A stretch of DNA of 20,569 bases from Conexivisphaerales archaeon (GTDB lineage Archaea > Thermoproteota > Nitrososphaeria > Conexivisphaerales > DTJL01): the NCBI GenBank assembly GCA_049509455.1, contig JBEKZX010000027.1, positions 1 through 20,569 on the forward strand, given 5' to 3'. The translations under genes and the position numbers were made by a program. Numbering within the stretch: position 1 is the stretch's first letter; each line of letters begins with the position of its first letter. The notes beneath the pieces were generated by a model. The model was not told the origin of the DNA. It made no database searches and saw only the letters and a list, made by a program, of their open reading frames with translations. Shown here in pieces: positions 8,298 to 16,692 of this stretch.

Positions 8298-9269
8298 CTA
8301 GCCTAGGTCCTTTTGATAGAATATGAACCCGCCTTTTCGCTGATACCCGAGCTTCTCGTTCAGGGAGAGCATCCCCGCATTGGTGGAAACGTTAACGGCC
8401 TTGATGGTGCTGGCGCCGTGGCTCTTTGCATAGTGAATGGCGCTAAGTTTCAGCGCTGTCCCGATCCCCTTTCTCCGATGCTCCTTCTGGACGCCAGTGA
8501 ACGTCTGCCACAGATTTGCTGTCCCCTTTTCCCCGCAAAGACTGCAGAGGCCGACATAGCTGTCTCCGTCCTTAGCTATGAAGAAGGCGTCAAGGAGGGT
8601 GCCACTTCTTTCTACATAATCGTGCATGAACTCACCCATGGTCGTCCCTGTGAAGGCTCCACCTGCAAGCGGGATGTCGGGCATTATAGACACATAAAGA
8701 GCGTATAGCTTGTCAAGACAGGTCTCATCTCTTCCACACTCTTCTTCCAGGGTGGAGATCGTAATTCCCTGTGGTAAGGCTCTCTGCAACGCGTCGCTGG
8801 GGCCAGACGAACCGGCACCCAGTAGGTCGAGGACATTCTCCCACGTTCGCATCTTCTCCTTGAAGCCCCTCTCCAACAGGAAGGAGACGGCCGCAGGTCT
8901 ATCGTCCGCCGTCCCCGCAGTCACTGACACCGCCGTGAGGCCACGAAGATCGGATTCTATCCGCTTCCAAAGCAGGGAACCGACTCCTTTGCCCTGCGAT
9001 GGCGGGTCTACTTCGATGTCCATTCTGAACCTCTTGGGATGGTATGTCAGGGGAGCGTGAGCGTACTCTGCAAAGGCAATCGGCCTATCCGCGCCTATTT
9101 CGACCACTATGTAGCGTTTCATAACGTGCTTCGAACGGTCGAAGATGTCGTCTTCGTAACGGAGTTCTTCCCCCGTAGGCCTGTACTCGGAGTCTATGGA
9201 ACCTATGATTTCGGCCATTCGTCCATAATCTTCGGGCAGAAAGTCTCTTATGGCGAAGGGCTGTGCCAT
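8298..9269 (-). CDS. Tandem two-domain GNAT acetyltransferase
   Basis: Two acetyl-CoA motif A segments (V.PPSQGKGVGSLL and VQKEHRRKGIGTALK), plus FLLERGF and NAGMLSLNEKLGY. The ATG at 9269 is preferred (TTTAAT about 28 nt upstream); the ORF extends to 9308. Confidence 0.9.
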   Translation of the reverse strand: MAQPFAIRDFLPEDYGRMAEIIGSIDSEYRPTGEELRYEDDIFDRSKHVMKRYIVVEIGADRPIAFAEYAHAPLTYHPKRFRMDIEVDPPSQGKGVGSLLWKRIESDLRGLTAVSVTAGTADDRPAAVSFLLERGFKEKMRTWENVLDLLGAGSSGPSDALQRALPQGITISTLEEECGRDETCLDKLYALYVSIMPDIPLAGGAFTGTTMGEFMHDYVERSGTLLDAFFIAKDGDSYVGLCSLCGEKGTANLWQTFTGVQKEHRRKGIGTALKLSAIHYAKSHGASTIKAVNVSTNAGMLSLNEKLGYQRKGGFIFYQKDLG

Positions 9270-9393
9270 TCCGTTCGTCTCATGCCTGTCTCTTCTATTA
9301 AACCGCACTAAGGGCCTGGCTCATTGAAGCGTAGGCTAAGACCTGCGAATGGGCCTGATTCAGTCTCAAGTTTGCCGAAGCATTCGGAGATTG

Positions 9394-9852
9394 CTACTTT
9401 TTCATCCATTTAGACTTGCCACCTTCGTAGACCTCCTTCTTCCATATGGTGGGCTCGGTCTTGTAGCGACGTATTGTTTCCTCGAGCGCCGGGAACACTT
9501 CGGAACGGGTCTTGCCAGCCACGACCACCATCACAAGTATCTCCCCGACCTGGAAACTTCCCTCGTAATGATAGATGACAGCGAGATTGAGACTGAACTT
9601 CTTCTTCACCTCGTCACATATCTGACGAAGAATCTTGTCGGAGTACTGAGGGTAGGTCTCTATTACGAGCTCCTTGATCTTCCTGCCTGCGAACCCCGGG
9701 GACCTTACGAGCCCAACGTAGCTGGCTACGGCTCCAGAACCGCCCTTCGAAATCTTGAGAATCGCGCTCATAATGTCTTCATAGCTCAGGGAACCTTTCT
9801 CATAGATTCCGGAAGCAGGAATCTTGGGCAGAGTTTCTTGACCCTTTGGCAT
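9394..9852 (-). CDS. moaE: Molybdopterin synthase catalytic subunit
   Basis: GAVASYVGLVR, ETY, IYH..G....GE..V.V.V.G..R...F.A and KTEPTIWKKE. TATA-like CTATATCAAA with a purine-rich BRE 25-30 nt upstream. Confidence 0.92.
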   Translation of the reverse strand: MPKGQETLPKIPASGIYEKGSLSYEDIMSAILKISKGGSGAVASYVGLVRSPGFAGRKIKELVIETYPQYSDKILRQICDEVKKKFSLNLAVIYHYEGSFQVGEILVMVVVAGKTRSEVFPALEETIRRYKTEPTIWKKEVYEGGKSKWMKK

Positions 9853-9903
9853 GAGTGTGGCATGCCCCCCAAAGCCTTTGATATAGGTTTTCTCTCTGAC
9901 CTC

Positions 9904-9971
9904 GCACCGCCCGGACTCGAACGGAGGTCGAGTAGCTCTCTACTCGGGATGGCGTCGTGGGGAACAGGTGC
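9904..9971 (-). other. tRNA-like structured element, not a canonical tRNA
   Basis: Terminal GCACC/GGUGC stem, perfect 7-bp hairpin CGAGUAG-AGAG-CUACUCG, and a T-loop-like CCGUUCGAGUCCGG. No D-arm or anticodon arm. Confidence 0.35.
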
Positions 9972-10032
9972 TGCCTCTTTCTGAAGCCAAAGGAGGAAAG
10001 AGATATTAGACGTCGATTCTGTCGAATGTTAC

Positions 10033-10341
10033 GTGCGTCCTCAGGTCTCAGCAAGGCGTCTGCCCGCGGCAAGACTGGGCCGGAACCTGAGAAAAGTAAC
10101 GGTCGATGTCCATTACTTCGGCTCCGTGCGGGAGACCGCGGGGCTGAAAGTAGAGCAGCTGGAACTGTCAAAGGGCGGTACGGTGGACGACCTGATCGCC
10201 CAGGTCATCATGATGCATCCTGGAATAGCCGCCCTTAGGAGGCTGCTCCGTGTAATCGTCAACGGAACGGTAGTCAACCACAGACTGGCGCTGCGTGACG
10301 GAGATATGGTGGCTGTGGTTCCGCCGACAGCCGGTGGGTGA
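10033..10341 (+). CDS. moaD: Ubiquitin-like sulfur carrier, MoaD/SAMP family
   Basis: Beta-grasp pattern V.YFGSVRETAG...TV.DLI...HP...VNG...L.DGD.VAVVPP and a C-terminal diglycine (PPTAGG). The start is uncertain (GTG 10033, or near 10087). Confidence 0.9.
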   Translation: MRPQVSARRLPAARLGRNLRKVTVDVHYFGSVRETAGLKVEQLELSKGGTVDDLIAQVIMMHPGIAALRRLLRVIVNGTVVNHRLALRDGDMVAVVPPTAGG

Positions 10342-10357
10342 GGGGGCATTGCTCGGT

Positions 10358-10522
10358 TCATTCTCCCGCAGAGGGGTGAGGCCAATCCATCTTAGTTGGC
10401 CTGTCGAACCAGCTAAACGAATTGCTACGACCCTGGAAAGGCCCTTCGGGTAGTCGCTTGAATGCACCCCACCGACATGAAGACGGGAACACGGCGACGG
10501 CGTAATCTTGGCCGTGGGGTGT
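10358..10522 (+). other. Highly structured intergenic region (four hairpins) between convergent genes
   Basis: Stems at 10358-10379, 10379-10402 (aggccaa/ttggcct), 10428-10456, and 10464-10522 (gcaccccac/gtggggtgt). Confidence 0.45.
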
Positions 10523-10524
10523 TT

Positions 10525-10881
10525 CTAGCTTAGCTTGACTAGCTGCTGGCCATCCGTCACGGGTGAGACCACGACCGCCGTCCCGAAGGCGATTATCTCG
10601 TCCATTGTCTGACCAATCTCAGTCGAGTCGAACATGACGCTGATAACGGCGTTCGCGCCTAGCGTCTCCGCCTGCTGGGATAGCCTGTCCAGGGCCTGCT
10701 GCCTCGCCTGGTGTGCCAATTCGGTGTATTCGTGTATCTCCCCTCCACCCAAGGTTCTGAGCCCCGCTATGATGTTCCCACCTAGGCCCCTCGACCTCAC
10801 AGTTATTCCATATACCAATCCGAGGACCTTGTCCACCTTGTAGCCGGGGACGTAGTTCGTCGTGTATAGGTTGACTCCCAC
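10525..10881 (-). CDS. ybjQ: YbjQ / UPF0145 family protein
   Basis: TTNYVPGY.V...LGLV.G...RSR.LG..I.AGLR...GGEI..YT.L...AR..A..RL...A..LGANAVI and AFGTAV. Confidence 0.93.
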   Translation of the reverse strand: MGVNLYTTNYVPGYKVDKVLGLVYGITVRSRGLGGNIIAGLRTLGGGEIHEYTELAHQARQQALDRLSQQAETLGANAVISVMFDSTEIGQTMDEIIAFGTAVVVSPVTDGQQLVKLS

Positions 10882-11268
10882 GATTAGCGCTACAGATTTC
10901 CCGTATTAGAGCGTTCCCCTTTGCCAATGCCATGGTAGGTCTTCGACAGCGGCGGGAAGATCCTTCGGGGCCCAGCGGCGTACCCCCTTCCCAAGATATT
11001 GCTGCAGGTCGATTCATCTGGTGCGATCACCACCACCGGGGTCAGCGGGACGGGCCCCGGCATGTGGACCGTCTTCCTTTGCTTTGTAGATCTCTGCATT
11101 CACTCAGCCAGGCAACTGGCAAATACCTTATATGATGCAAAAAGAGATTCGTGGGAACTGAGGACCCCAGACGTGGCATTCCGAGATTCTGTCAACAACC
11201 ATGAGGACAAGTGCGACGACAACTGTTGCCAGTTCAGGTTCCACCGTTTCGTTTGATGGGATGGTTTC

Positions 11269-11556
11269 ATGACCACCTGCAGCCAGGTCCCAATCGCCGA
11301 TGCCCGCTCCATCCTGTGTACGGCCACCGGCCTCGGCGACATAGGCGGAAGCATACTGGGCCGCGGCACCGACATGCCATGTGAAGCCCAGGATGCCGTG
11401 GACTCCTTGCACGACGCTAGGTGGAGGGAGGCCAAGATGAAATCGCTGGAGGACATGAAGAAGAGCGACGACATCTCCGCCAAGGTCGACAGAGAGAGGA
11501 AGGATATCGAGAAGGAGATTCAGCAAGCGGAAAGAGACATTCCAGAGCAGATGTGA
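11269..11556 (+). CDS. Hypothetical protein with a charged helical C-terminus, possibly the 3' part of a longer interrupted gene
   Basis: 95 aa with an E/K/D/R-rich C-terminal half. The stop overlaps the next start (GTGA). Confidence 0.55.
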   Translation: MTTCSQVPIADARSILCTATGLGDIGGSILGRGTDMPCEAQDAVDSLHDARWREAKMKSLEDMKKSDDISAKVDRERKDIEKEIQQAERDIPEQM

Positions 11557-12869
11557 ACTTGAGCCAAGAACAGCCGTCCCGCTTTGGAGAGAAGCTGACC
11601 GACGCCGCCTGCAAGGTCGCCATTCTGGCACATCCTGCCGAGGAGGCCGTCTGCGAAATCTGGACGGAAGGCCTGCTTGTTAACGCTCCCAGTTCCGCAC
11701 CCGTATTCCTGAAGTTCACTGAGATGAAGTTCGAGCCCATCAACTTCGGCGTCAACATCAAGACTCCTTCCGGTACAATCACCCTCACAGGCTTGGGGGC
11801 TAACTTCGAGCCCTTCCTCCGGAGGCTGACGGATTCCTGGGGGGACGCCTTGGCCGCTTCCCTTCTGATGAGCGAGCGGGTGATCTACCAGGCCCGAGCG
11901 ACCTACATCAACGTCAGAGCGGACGGCTCACAGAGCTTCGGCGCCTGCCGGGCGCGGATACAGCCCACCAGCCTCGTCATTCTCCCTGCCGACAGCCTTC
12001 CGGTGAGGCTACCCTTCTCGAAGGTTACCTCCGCCGAAAAGGGAAGCTTCAGGGTGACCGTCACCACCCCCGACATGGGCACCTTCGAGCTCCTCAGGAT
12101 GGGAGCTGCCTACGATTACTTCGCGGATCAGCTGGCAGCGGCTCGGCGCGATTATGAAGGTCAGTCATATCAGATGCTCATAGGGCTCTCACCAGGTGTC
12201 GGCTTCGATCATCTCCTGAAGCTGGCAACTATAATGGCTGAAGGGAGGGCCATAACTAAGAAAGAAGCGATCAGGCAGTCCTTCGACTTCTGGTTGACGC
12301 TGGAGCGGAAGGTGATCGAGTCCCCTTCGGGCCCCTCCTACTCCCATCTCCGGTCCCTCGCGGTGGACGAGCTGACTTCCATCGGCTTAAGGAGGACTTT
12401 CAGGGACGACTCCTATTGGTTCATGATGCCCATCGCCGGTTCGGCTGACAGGGGAGGGAACTCCGTTGTGATGGAGTTCACCTCCGAATCGGGCCATGCG
12501 ACCTACCTTTTCAGGGTCATGGGGAGGGGCGAGTTCCCCGGTAGCTCCTCCGAGCAGTTCCAGGCCGCCGCTATCAAGAGCATGAACGCCATCAACGAAG
12601 CCCTGATCACGACTCGGTTCAGGAGGGAACCCATCTATCTGGACGAATCGAGGCTGAACACGGAGCCCTACAGCAGACACCTGTATGCCGCGAAGAACCT
12701 CCCCGAGCTGAAGTTCCTCAGGGACAGGTTCTACGCCCGCATCGTTCACAGCACACCCGAAAGCTGGGCCCAGGACGTGGCAGACGCGCTCCTCTTCAAC
12801 GTGCAGAGTCCTGATAACCTCTTGAAGTGGGACAGGTCGCAGCTGGACCCCCAGAATGCCCCTGGGTAG
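11553..12869 (+). CDS. Hypothetical protein with two tandem PH-like repeats and an unassigned C-terminal domain
   Basis: 438 aa from GTG 11553, which overlaps the upstream stop. The ORF-track extension to 11421 is the off-frame shadow of the upstream gene. An internal duplication is visible by eye. Confidence 0.8.
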   Translation: MNLSQEQPSRFGEKLTDAACKVAILAHPAEEAVCEIWTEGLLVNAPSSAPVFLKFTEMKFEPINFGVNIKTPSGTITLTGLGANFEPFLRRLTDSWGDALAASLLMSERVIYQARATYINVRADGSQSFGACRARIQPTSLVILPADSLPVRLPFSKVTSAEKGSFRVTVTTPDMGTFELLRMGAAYDYFADQLAAARRDYEGQSYQMLIGLSPGVGFDHLLKLATIMAEGRAITKKEAIRQSFDFWLTLERKVIESPSGPSYSHLRSLAVDELTSIGLRRTFRDDSYWFMMPIAGSADRGGNSVVMEFTSESGHATYLFRVMGRGEFPGSSSEQFQAAAIKSMNAINEALITTRFRREPIYLDESRLNTEPYSRHLYAAKNLPELKFLRDRFYARIVHSTPESWAQDVADALLFNVQSPDNLLKWDRSQLDPQNAPG

Positions 12870-12927
12870 TCGTGACCCCGTCAACTCTTATCTTCATCCT
12901 TCGCGATGATCCAAATCGGGAAAGAGC

Positions 12928-13554
12928 ATGGAATTCGAATCAGCAGTACGAAGGAGGAGGATGGTCAGGAACTTTTCGGCAGAAATCGTCTCGGACGCGG
13001 AGGTCGACTCGATTTTGGAGCTGGCTCTCCACGCGCCAAGTGCTGGCTTCAGCCAGGGCTCCTGCTACATCGTGGTGAAGGACGGCGACAGGAAGAGGAG
13101 GCTAGCCGAGGCGCAAGGCGAATCGGATTATGTCAAGACAGGTTTCGATCCTTTCATATCAGCCGCCCCCGTGCTCATCGTCCCTTGCGTCAGCGAAAAG
13201 ATGTATCACGACCGCTACCATGAGAAGGACAAACTTGGCCCCGACGACAAGGAGATCGAGTGGCCCGTCCCCTACTGGTATTTTGACATAGGGGCGGGAT
13301 GCATGATCGTACTTCTTGCTGCTGTCGACAGGGGCCTGGCTGGCGCCTTCGTCGGTGCCCCCGACCCGGCTGCCATCAGAGAGATCCTCGGTATCCCAGA
13401 AACATTCCATCCGGTGGGGACGATATCGCTGGGCCACCCGCTTCCTGACAGGAGGTCCCCTTCACTCAAGAGAGGAAGGAAGCCTCTGGCACAGCAGGTG
13501 TTCTACGAGGCCTACGGGCGGCAAAAGGGAGCGTCATTGGCGGCAACGCGCTAG
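12928..13554 (+). CDS. Nitroreductase family protein
   Basis: RRRMVRNF, APSAGFSQG, D.GAGCM..LLAAVD.GL...F.G and LGIP...P.G.I.LG.P. Confidence 0.92.
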   Translation: MEFESAVRRRRMVRNFSAEIVSDAEVDSILELALHAPSAGFSQGSCYIVVKDGDRKRRLAEAQGESDYVKTGFDPFISAAPVLIVPCVSEKMYHDRYHEKDKLGPDDKEIEWPVPYWYFDIGAGCMIVLLAAVDRGLAGAFVGAPDPAAIREILGIPETFHPVGTISLGHPLPDRRSPSLKRGRKPLAQQVFYEAYGRQKGASLAATR

Positions 13555-13832
13555 TTGAATTTTGCGAGACCTGGCTTCTTCCGGTCTGCCGCCACCGAAA
13601 GCACCGTCACGCTCACCACGAACCAGAAGAGGACGTCCACTATGATACCTGCAGGGACGACGTCCAGGCTGGCGTTAGAGAAGACCTGTGAGGCGTACAC
13701 GGGCGCGGGGAGGCCGTACTGCTGCACGCCAGCCACAGGAAAGAGCATAAGCGTGGGAACGTAGGAGAGCGCATATGTGGCTGCCACCCCGACAAGGGTC
13801 GACAGCGCCCACACGGTTTTGGTGAACCTCAT
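13551..13832 (-). CDS. Small membrane protein, hypothetical
   Basis: 93 aa with N- and C-terminal hydrophobic helices and a basic tail; TATA-like CATATA about 25 nt upstream. Its stop overlaps the nitroreductase stop in CTAG. Confidence 0.65.
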   Translation of the reverse strand: MRFTKTVWALSTLVGVAATYALSYVPTLMLFPVAGVQQYGLPAPVYASQVFSNASLDVVPAGIIVDVLFWFVVSVTVLSVAADRKKPGLAKFN

Positions 13833-13950
13833 GCTAAGTGGATGTCCCCTCGTGGCCTATATGAGATTGACGGAGCCGTAGGTTGGAGCTCCGGTCACTC
13901 GGCCCATTCTGCTCGCGGCGCCAACTTCGTCTGACGTGTGAGCGCAAACG

Positions 13951-13957
13951 CTTAAAT
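13951..13957 (+). promoter_or_regulatory. TATA box, probable ATP synthase operon promoter
   Basis: CTTAAAT preceded by GCAAACG, 25 nt before the ATG at 13983. Confidence 0.55.
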
Positions 13958-13982
13958 CACATATGGTAGGCATTTGGAGCTA

Positions 13983-14279
13983 ATGAAGGTCGTCGCCGTG
14001 GGGAAGCGGCCGTTCGTCACCGCCTTTCGCCTCGTGGGCGTGGAGGGCGTCGAGGTGGATAGCTCCTCGGATATGTTGGCCGCCGTCGACCGCCTCTTCA
14101 AGACCGAAGGTACCGGGCTTGTGCTGCTGGGCTCGGATCTCTCCGCCCCCATCAGGTTGAAGCTGGCGGAATATCGGAAGAAGAGGGCAGTTCCTCTTGT
14201 CTATGAAATCCTGAGTCCTGGCGCCAAGGCCGAAGAAACCGAGTACAGCAAAGTTCTTAGAGCCATGTTGGGGGTGTAG
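13983..14279 (+). CDS. atpF: A/V-type ATP synthase subunit F
   Basis: MKVVAVG....VTAFRLVGVEG pattern, about 100 aa, first gene of the operon. Confidence 0.88.
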   Translation: MKVVAVGKRPFVTAFRLVGVEGVEVDSSSDMLAAVDRLFKTEGTGLVLLGSDLSAPIRLKLAEYRKKRAVPLVYEILSPGAKAEETEYSKVLRAMLGV

Positions 14280-14287
14280 AGTGCAAA

Positions 14288-14905
14288 TTGCCGGGCAAGG
14301 AGATAGAAGCGACCGTCGGTAAAGTTATTGACGAAGAATCGGCTTCGCTTAAGGTCCTTCTGGACGAAGCGCTGACTTCCTCGCTCAAGCTGGTGGAGGA
14401 CTACGAAGTAAAGGCGTCCGAGAAGTACAAGGAGTCCATGCTTGAGGGAAGGAAGGAAGCCGAGAACGTCAAGATGAAGGTCCTAGGGTCCGCCGAGCTT
14501 ATGGCCAGGAACGCTCAGCTGACCGCGTTTGAAGCCTTCTTCGATGACACAGTGGCCGATGCGCTCGCGGGCGTCCGGGCTGTCCCTCGCGACGCTCGCT
14601 ATGAGAAGGCCCTTTCCAAGCTGCTCACAGAGTCGCTTCAGGAGCTCGATCCTGGCAAATATATCCTCTGCTGTCCTGAGCAGGACAATACGGCCCTCGC
14701 GGCTGCTCTGAAGGATACTGCCAAGAAATTCCCCAGTTTCAGCCTAAGCGTCTCGAAGAAACAAGTCGACAGCGTCGGCGGGTTCGTCATCAGCAGCGAG
14801 GACGCCACCACAGAGTTTAACAGCACGTTCGAAGCGAGGCTCGAGAGGATGAAGCCCAACATTAGAAAAACGGTTTATGAACGCTTTTTCAAGGAGGACA
14901 AGTAG
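14288..14905 (+). CDS. atpE: A/V-type ATP synthase subunit E
   Basis: Long N-terminal charged helix, then ...GGFVISSED...NSTFEARLE; lies directly before subunit A. Confidence 0.88.
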   Translation: MPGKEIEATVGKVIDEESASLKVLLDEALTSSLKLVEDYEVKASEKYKESMLEGRKEAENVKMKVLGSAELMARNAQLTAFEAFFDDTVADALAGVRAVPRDARYEKALSKLLTESLQELDPGKYILCCPEQDNTALAAALKDTAKKFPSFSLSVSKKQVDSVGGFVISSEDATTEFNSTFEARLERMKPNIRKTVYERFFKEDK

Positions 14906-14907
14906 AT

Positions 14908-16692
14908 TTGGCAACTAAGGGTAGGATAGTCTGGATCAGCGGACCCGCGGTCAAGGCTGACGGCATGTCGGAGGTAAAGATGGCCGAGACCGTGAGCGTG
15001 GGCGAGGACAAGCTCGTGGGCGAGGTCATCAAGGTCACGGGCGACGTCGCGTTCATCCAAGTCTACGAATCGACTAGCGGCCTCCATCCAGGCGAGCCGG
15101 TCATAGGCACCGGAATGCCGCTCTCGGTCACGCTGGGCCCCGGCATCATGAGTCAGATCTACGATGGCCTCCAGCGGCCCCTTCCGGAGCTCGCTGCGGT
15201 GTCTGGAGCCTACATTAAGAGGGGTGTGAACGCCTTTTCCCTTCCTAAGAACAAGAAGTGGCACCTGATGCCGAAGGTCAAGGTAGGCGACACAGTGGAG
15301 CCCGGGAGCATCCTCGGCACGTTGGACGAGACGTCCACCGTCGAGCACCGCGTCATGGTGCCCCCCGACATCAAGGGCGGGGTCGTCAGGACCGTCGAGC
15401 CCGAAGGCGACTACGACATTGAGCAGGAGATTGTCACGATAGACGACGGCGCCAAGACCTCCCTGAAGATGTACCACTATTGGCCCGTCCGGCGGCCGAG
15501 GCCCTACAGGCAGCGCCTCGACCCCGAGATACCGCTTATCACCGGCCAGAGGGTTATCGACACCTTCTTCCCACTGGCCAAGGGCGGGGCGGCAGCGATC
15601 CCGGGTGGCTTCGGGACGGGCAAGACGGTCACGAGTCATCAGATAGCCTCTTGGGCCAACACCAAGGTCGTCGTCTACGTGGGCTGCGGTGAGAGGGGGA
15701 ATGAGATGACCGAAGTGCTGAAAGAGTTTCCTCAGCTCATAGACCCCTATTCGGGCAAGCCTCTCATGCAGAGGACCGTCCTGGTGGCCAACACCAGCAA
15801 CATGCCGGTCGCCGCCCGCGAGGCGAGCATCTACACCGGCGCCACGCTGGCGGAATACTACAGGGACATGGGCTACGACGTGGTGATGTTGGCGGATTCC
15901 ACCAGCAGGTGGGCGGAGGCGCTGAGAGAGATCAGCGGCAGGCTGGAGGAGATGCCTGCCGAGGAAGGATATCCTTCCTACCTCGCTTCGAGGCTCGCGG
16001 AGTTTTACGAGCGGGCTGGCCGTGTCGACACCCTAGGCACGCCTGCCAGAACTGGCTCCATCAGCCTCGTAGGCGCAGTGTCACCCACTGGCGGCGACTT
16101 CACCGAGCCCGTTACCACGCATACGATGAGGTTCATCAGGACCTTCTGGGCACTTGACACCAAGCTTGCTTATTCGAGGCACTACCCCGCCATCAACTGG
16201 ATGACGAGTTATTCTGGTTTTCTGGACAAGGTGGCCCCTTGGTGGCGAGCTAACGTGGACAAGGATTGGCTCGAGCTCCGCTTGAGCGCCTACACGATCC
16301 TTCAAAGGGAAGATACGTTAAACGAAATCGTCCGCCTCCTCGGGCCGGAGGTTCTCCCTGACGAAGAGAAGCTCATCCTGGACGTCGCCAGGATAATCAA
16401 AGTGGGCTTCCTCCAGCAGTCGGCCTATGACCCCATCGATAGCTACACGAATCCGAAGAGACAGGTGGAGCTCCTGAAGCTCATCCTGGCATTCTACAAT
16501 GGGGCCAACACTTCCCTGAAGGCCGGCGTCCAGCTGCAGTCCATCCGCGCCATGCCCGTCATCTCGAAAATCATGCGCGCGCGTTTCGAAATCAAGGACG
16601 ACGAGCTATTCAAGATCAACGACTTGATGGAAGAGATGAGCGCTGCCTTCAAGGCTATGTCGCCCCTAGGAGTTGCACAGATTGCAGCCTAA
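14908..16692 (+). CDS. atpA: A/V-type ATP synthase catalytic subunit A
   Basis: [12 protein letters not shown]-loop [42 protein letters not shown] and [13 protein letters not shown] lies before the TTG. No intein. Confidence 0.98.
   Translation: MATKGRIVWISGPAVKADGMSEVKMAETVSVGEDKLVGEVIKVTGDVAFIQVYESTSGLHPGEPVIGTGMPLSVTLGPGIMSQIYDGLQRPLPELAAVSGAYIKRGVNAFSLPKNKKWHLMPKVKVGDTVEPGSILGTLDETSTVEHRVMVPPDIKGGVVRTVEPEGDYDIEQEIVTIDDGAKTSLKMYHYWPVRRPRPYRQRLDPEIPLITGQRVIDTFFPLAKGGAAAIPGGFGTGKTVTSHQIASWANTKVVVYVGCGERGNEMTEVLKEFPQLIDPYSGKPLMQRTVLVANTSNMPVAAREASIYTGATLAEYYRDMGYDVVMLADSTSRWAEALREISGRLEEMPAEEGYPSYLASRLAEFYERAGRVDTLGTPARTGSISLVGAVSPTGGDFTEPVTTHTMRFIRTFWALDTKLAYSRHYPAINWMTSYSGFLDKVAPWWRANVDKDWLELRLSAYTILQREDTLNEIVRLLGPEVLPDEEKLILDVARIIKVGFLQQSAYDPIDSYTNPKRQVELLKLILAFYNGANTSLKAGVQLQSIRAMPVISKIMRARFEIKDDELFKINDLMEEMSAAFKAMSPLGVAQIAA

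Noticed and set aside
9904-9971. Canonical tRNA gene
   Set aside because: No D-stem, no 7-nt anticodon loop, a mismatched T-stem, and no matching 5' half nearby. Kept only as tRNA-like.
9349-9984. 211-aa plus-strand ORF
   Set aside because: Antisense shadow of moaE with no recognisable domain. The same applies to other long antisense or alternate-frame ORFs such as 4015-4812, 7168-7821 and 14875-15639.
9890-10030. Moco/Wco riboswitch
   Set aside because: Only scattered short words resemble the motif as I recall it, and the P1 pairing could not be built. The structure lies upstream of the moaE TATA box.
10890-11135. ORFs 10890-11099 (-) and 10932-11135 (+)
   Set aside because: Short, mutually overlapping and without recognisable motifs.
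13551-13554. Convergent stop codons sharing CTAG
   Set aside because: A real overlap, but short tail-to-tail overlaps are common in compact genomes.
13551-13832. Missing proteolipid subunit K/c
   Set aside because: Divergent from the operon and lacks the Gly-rich hairpin with the ion-binding Glu.
14908-16692. Intein in atpA
   Set aside because: Normal length (594 aa), and the known insertion regions (after GKT and at VGC-GERGNE) are uninterrupted.
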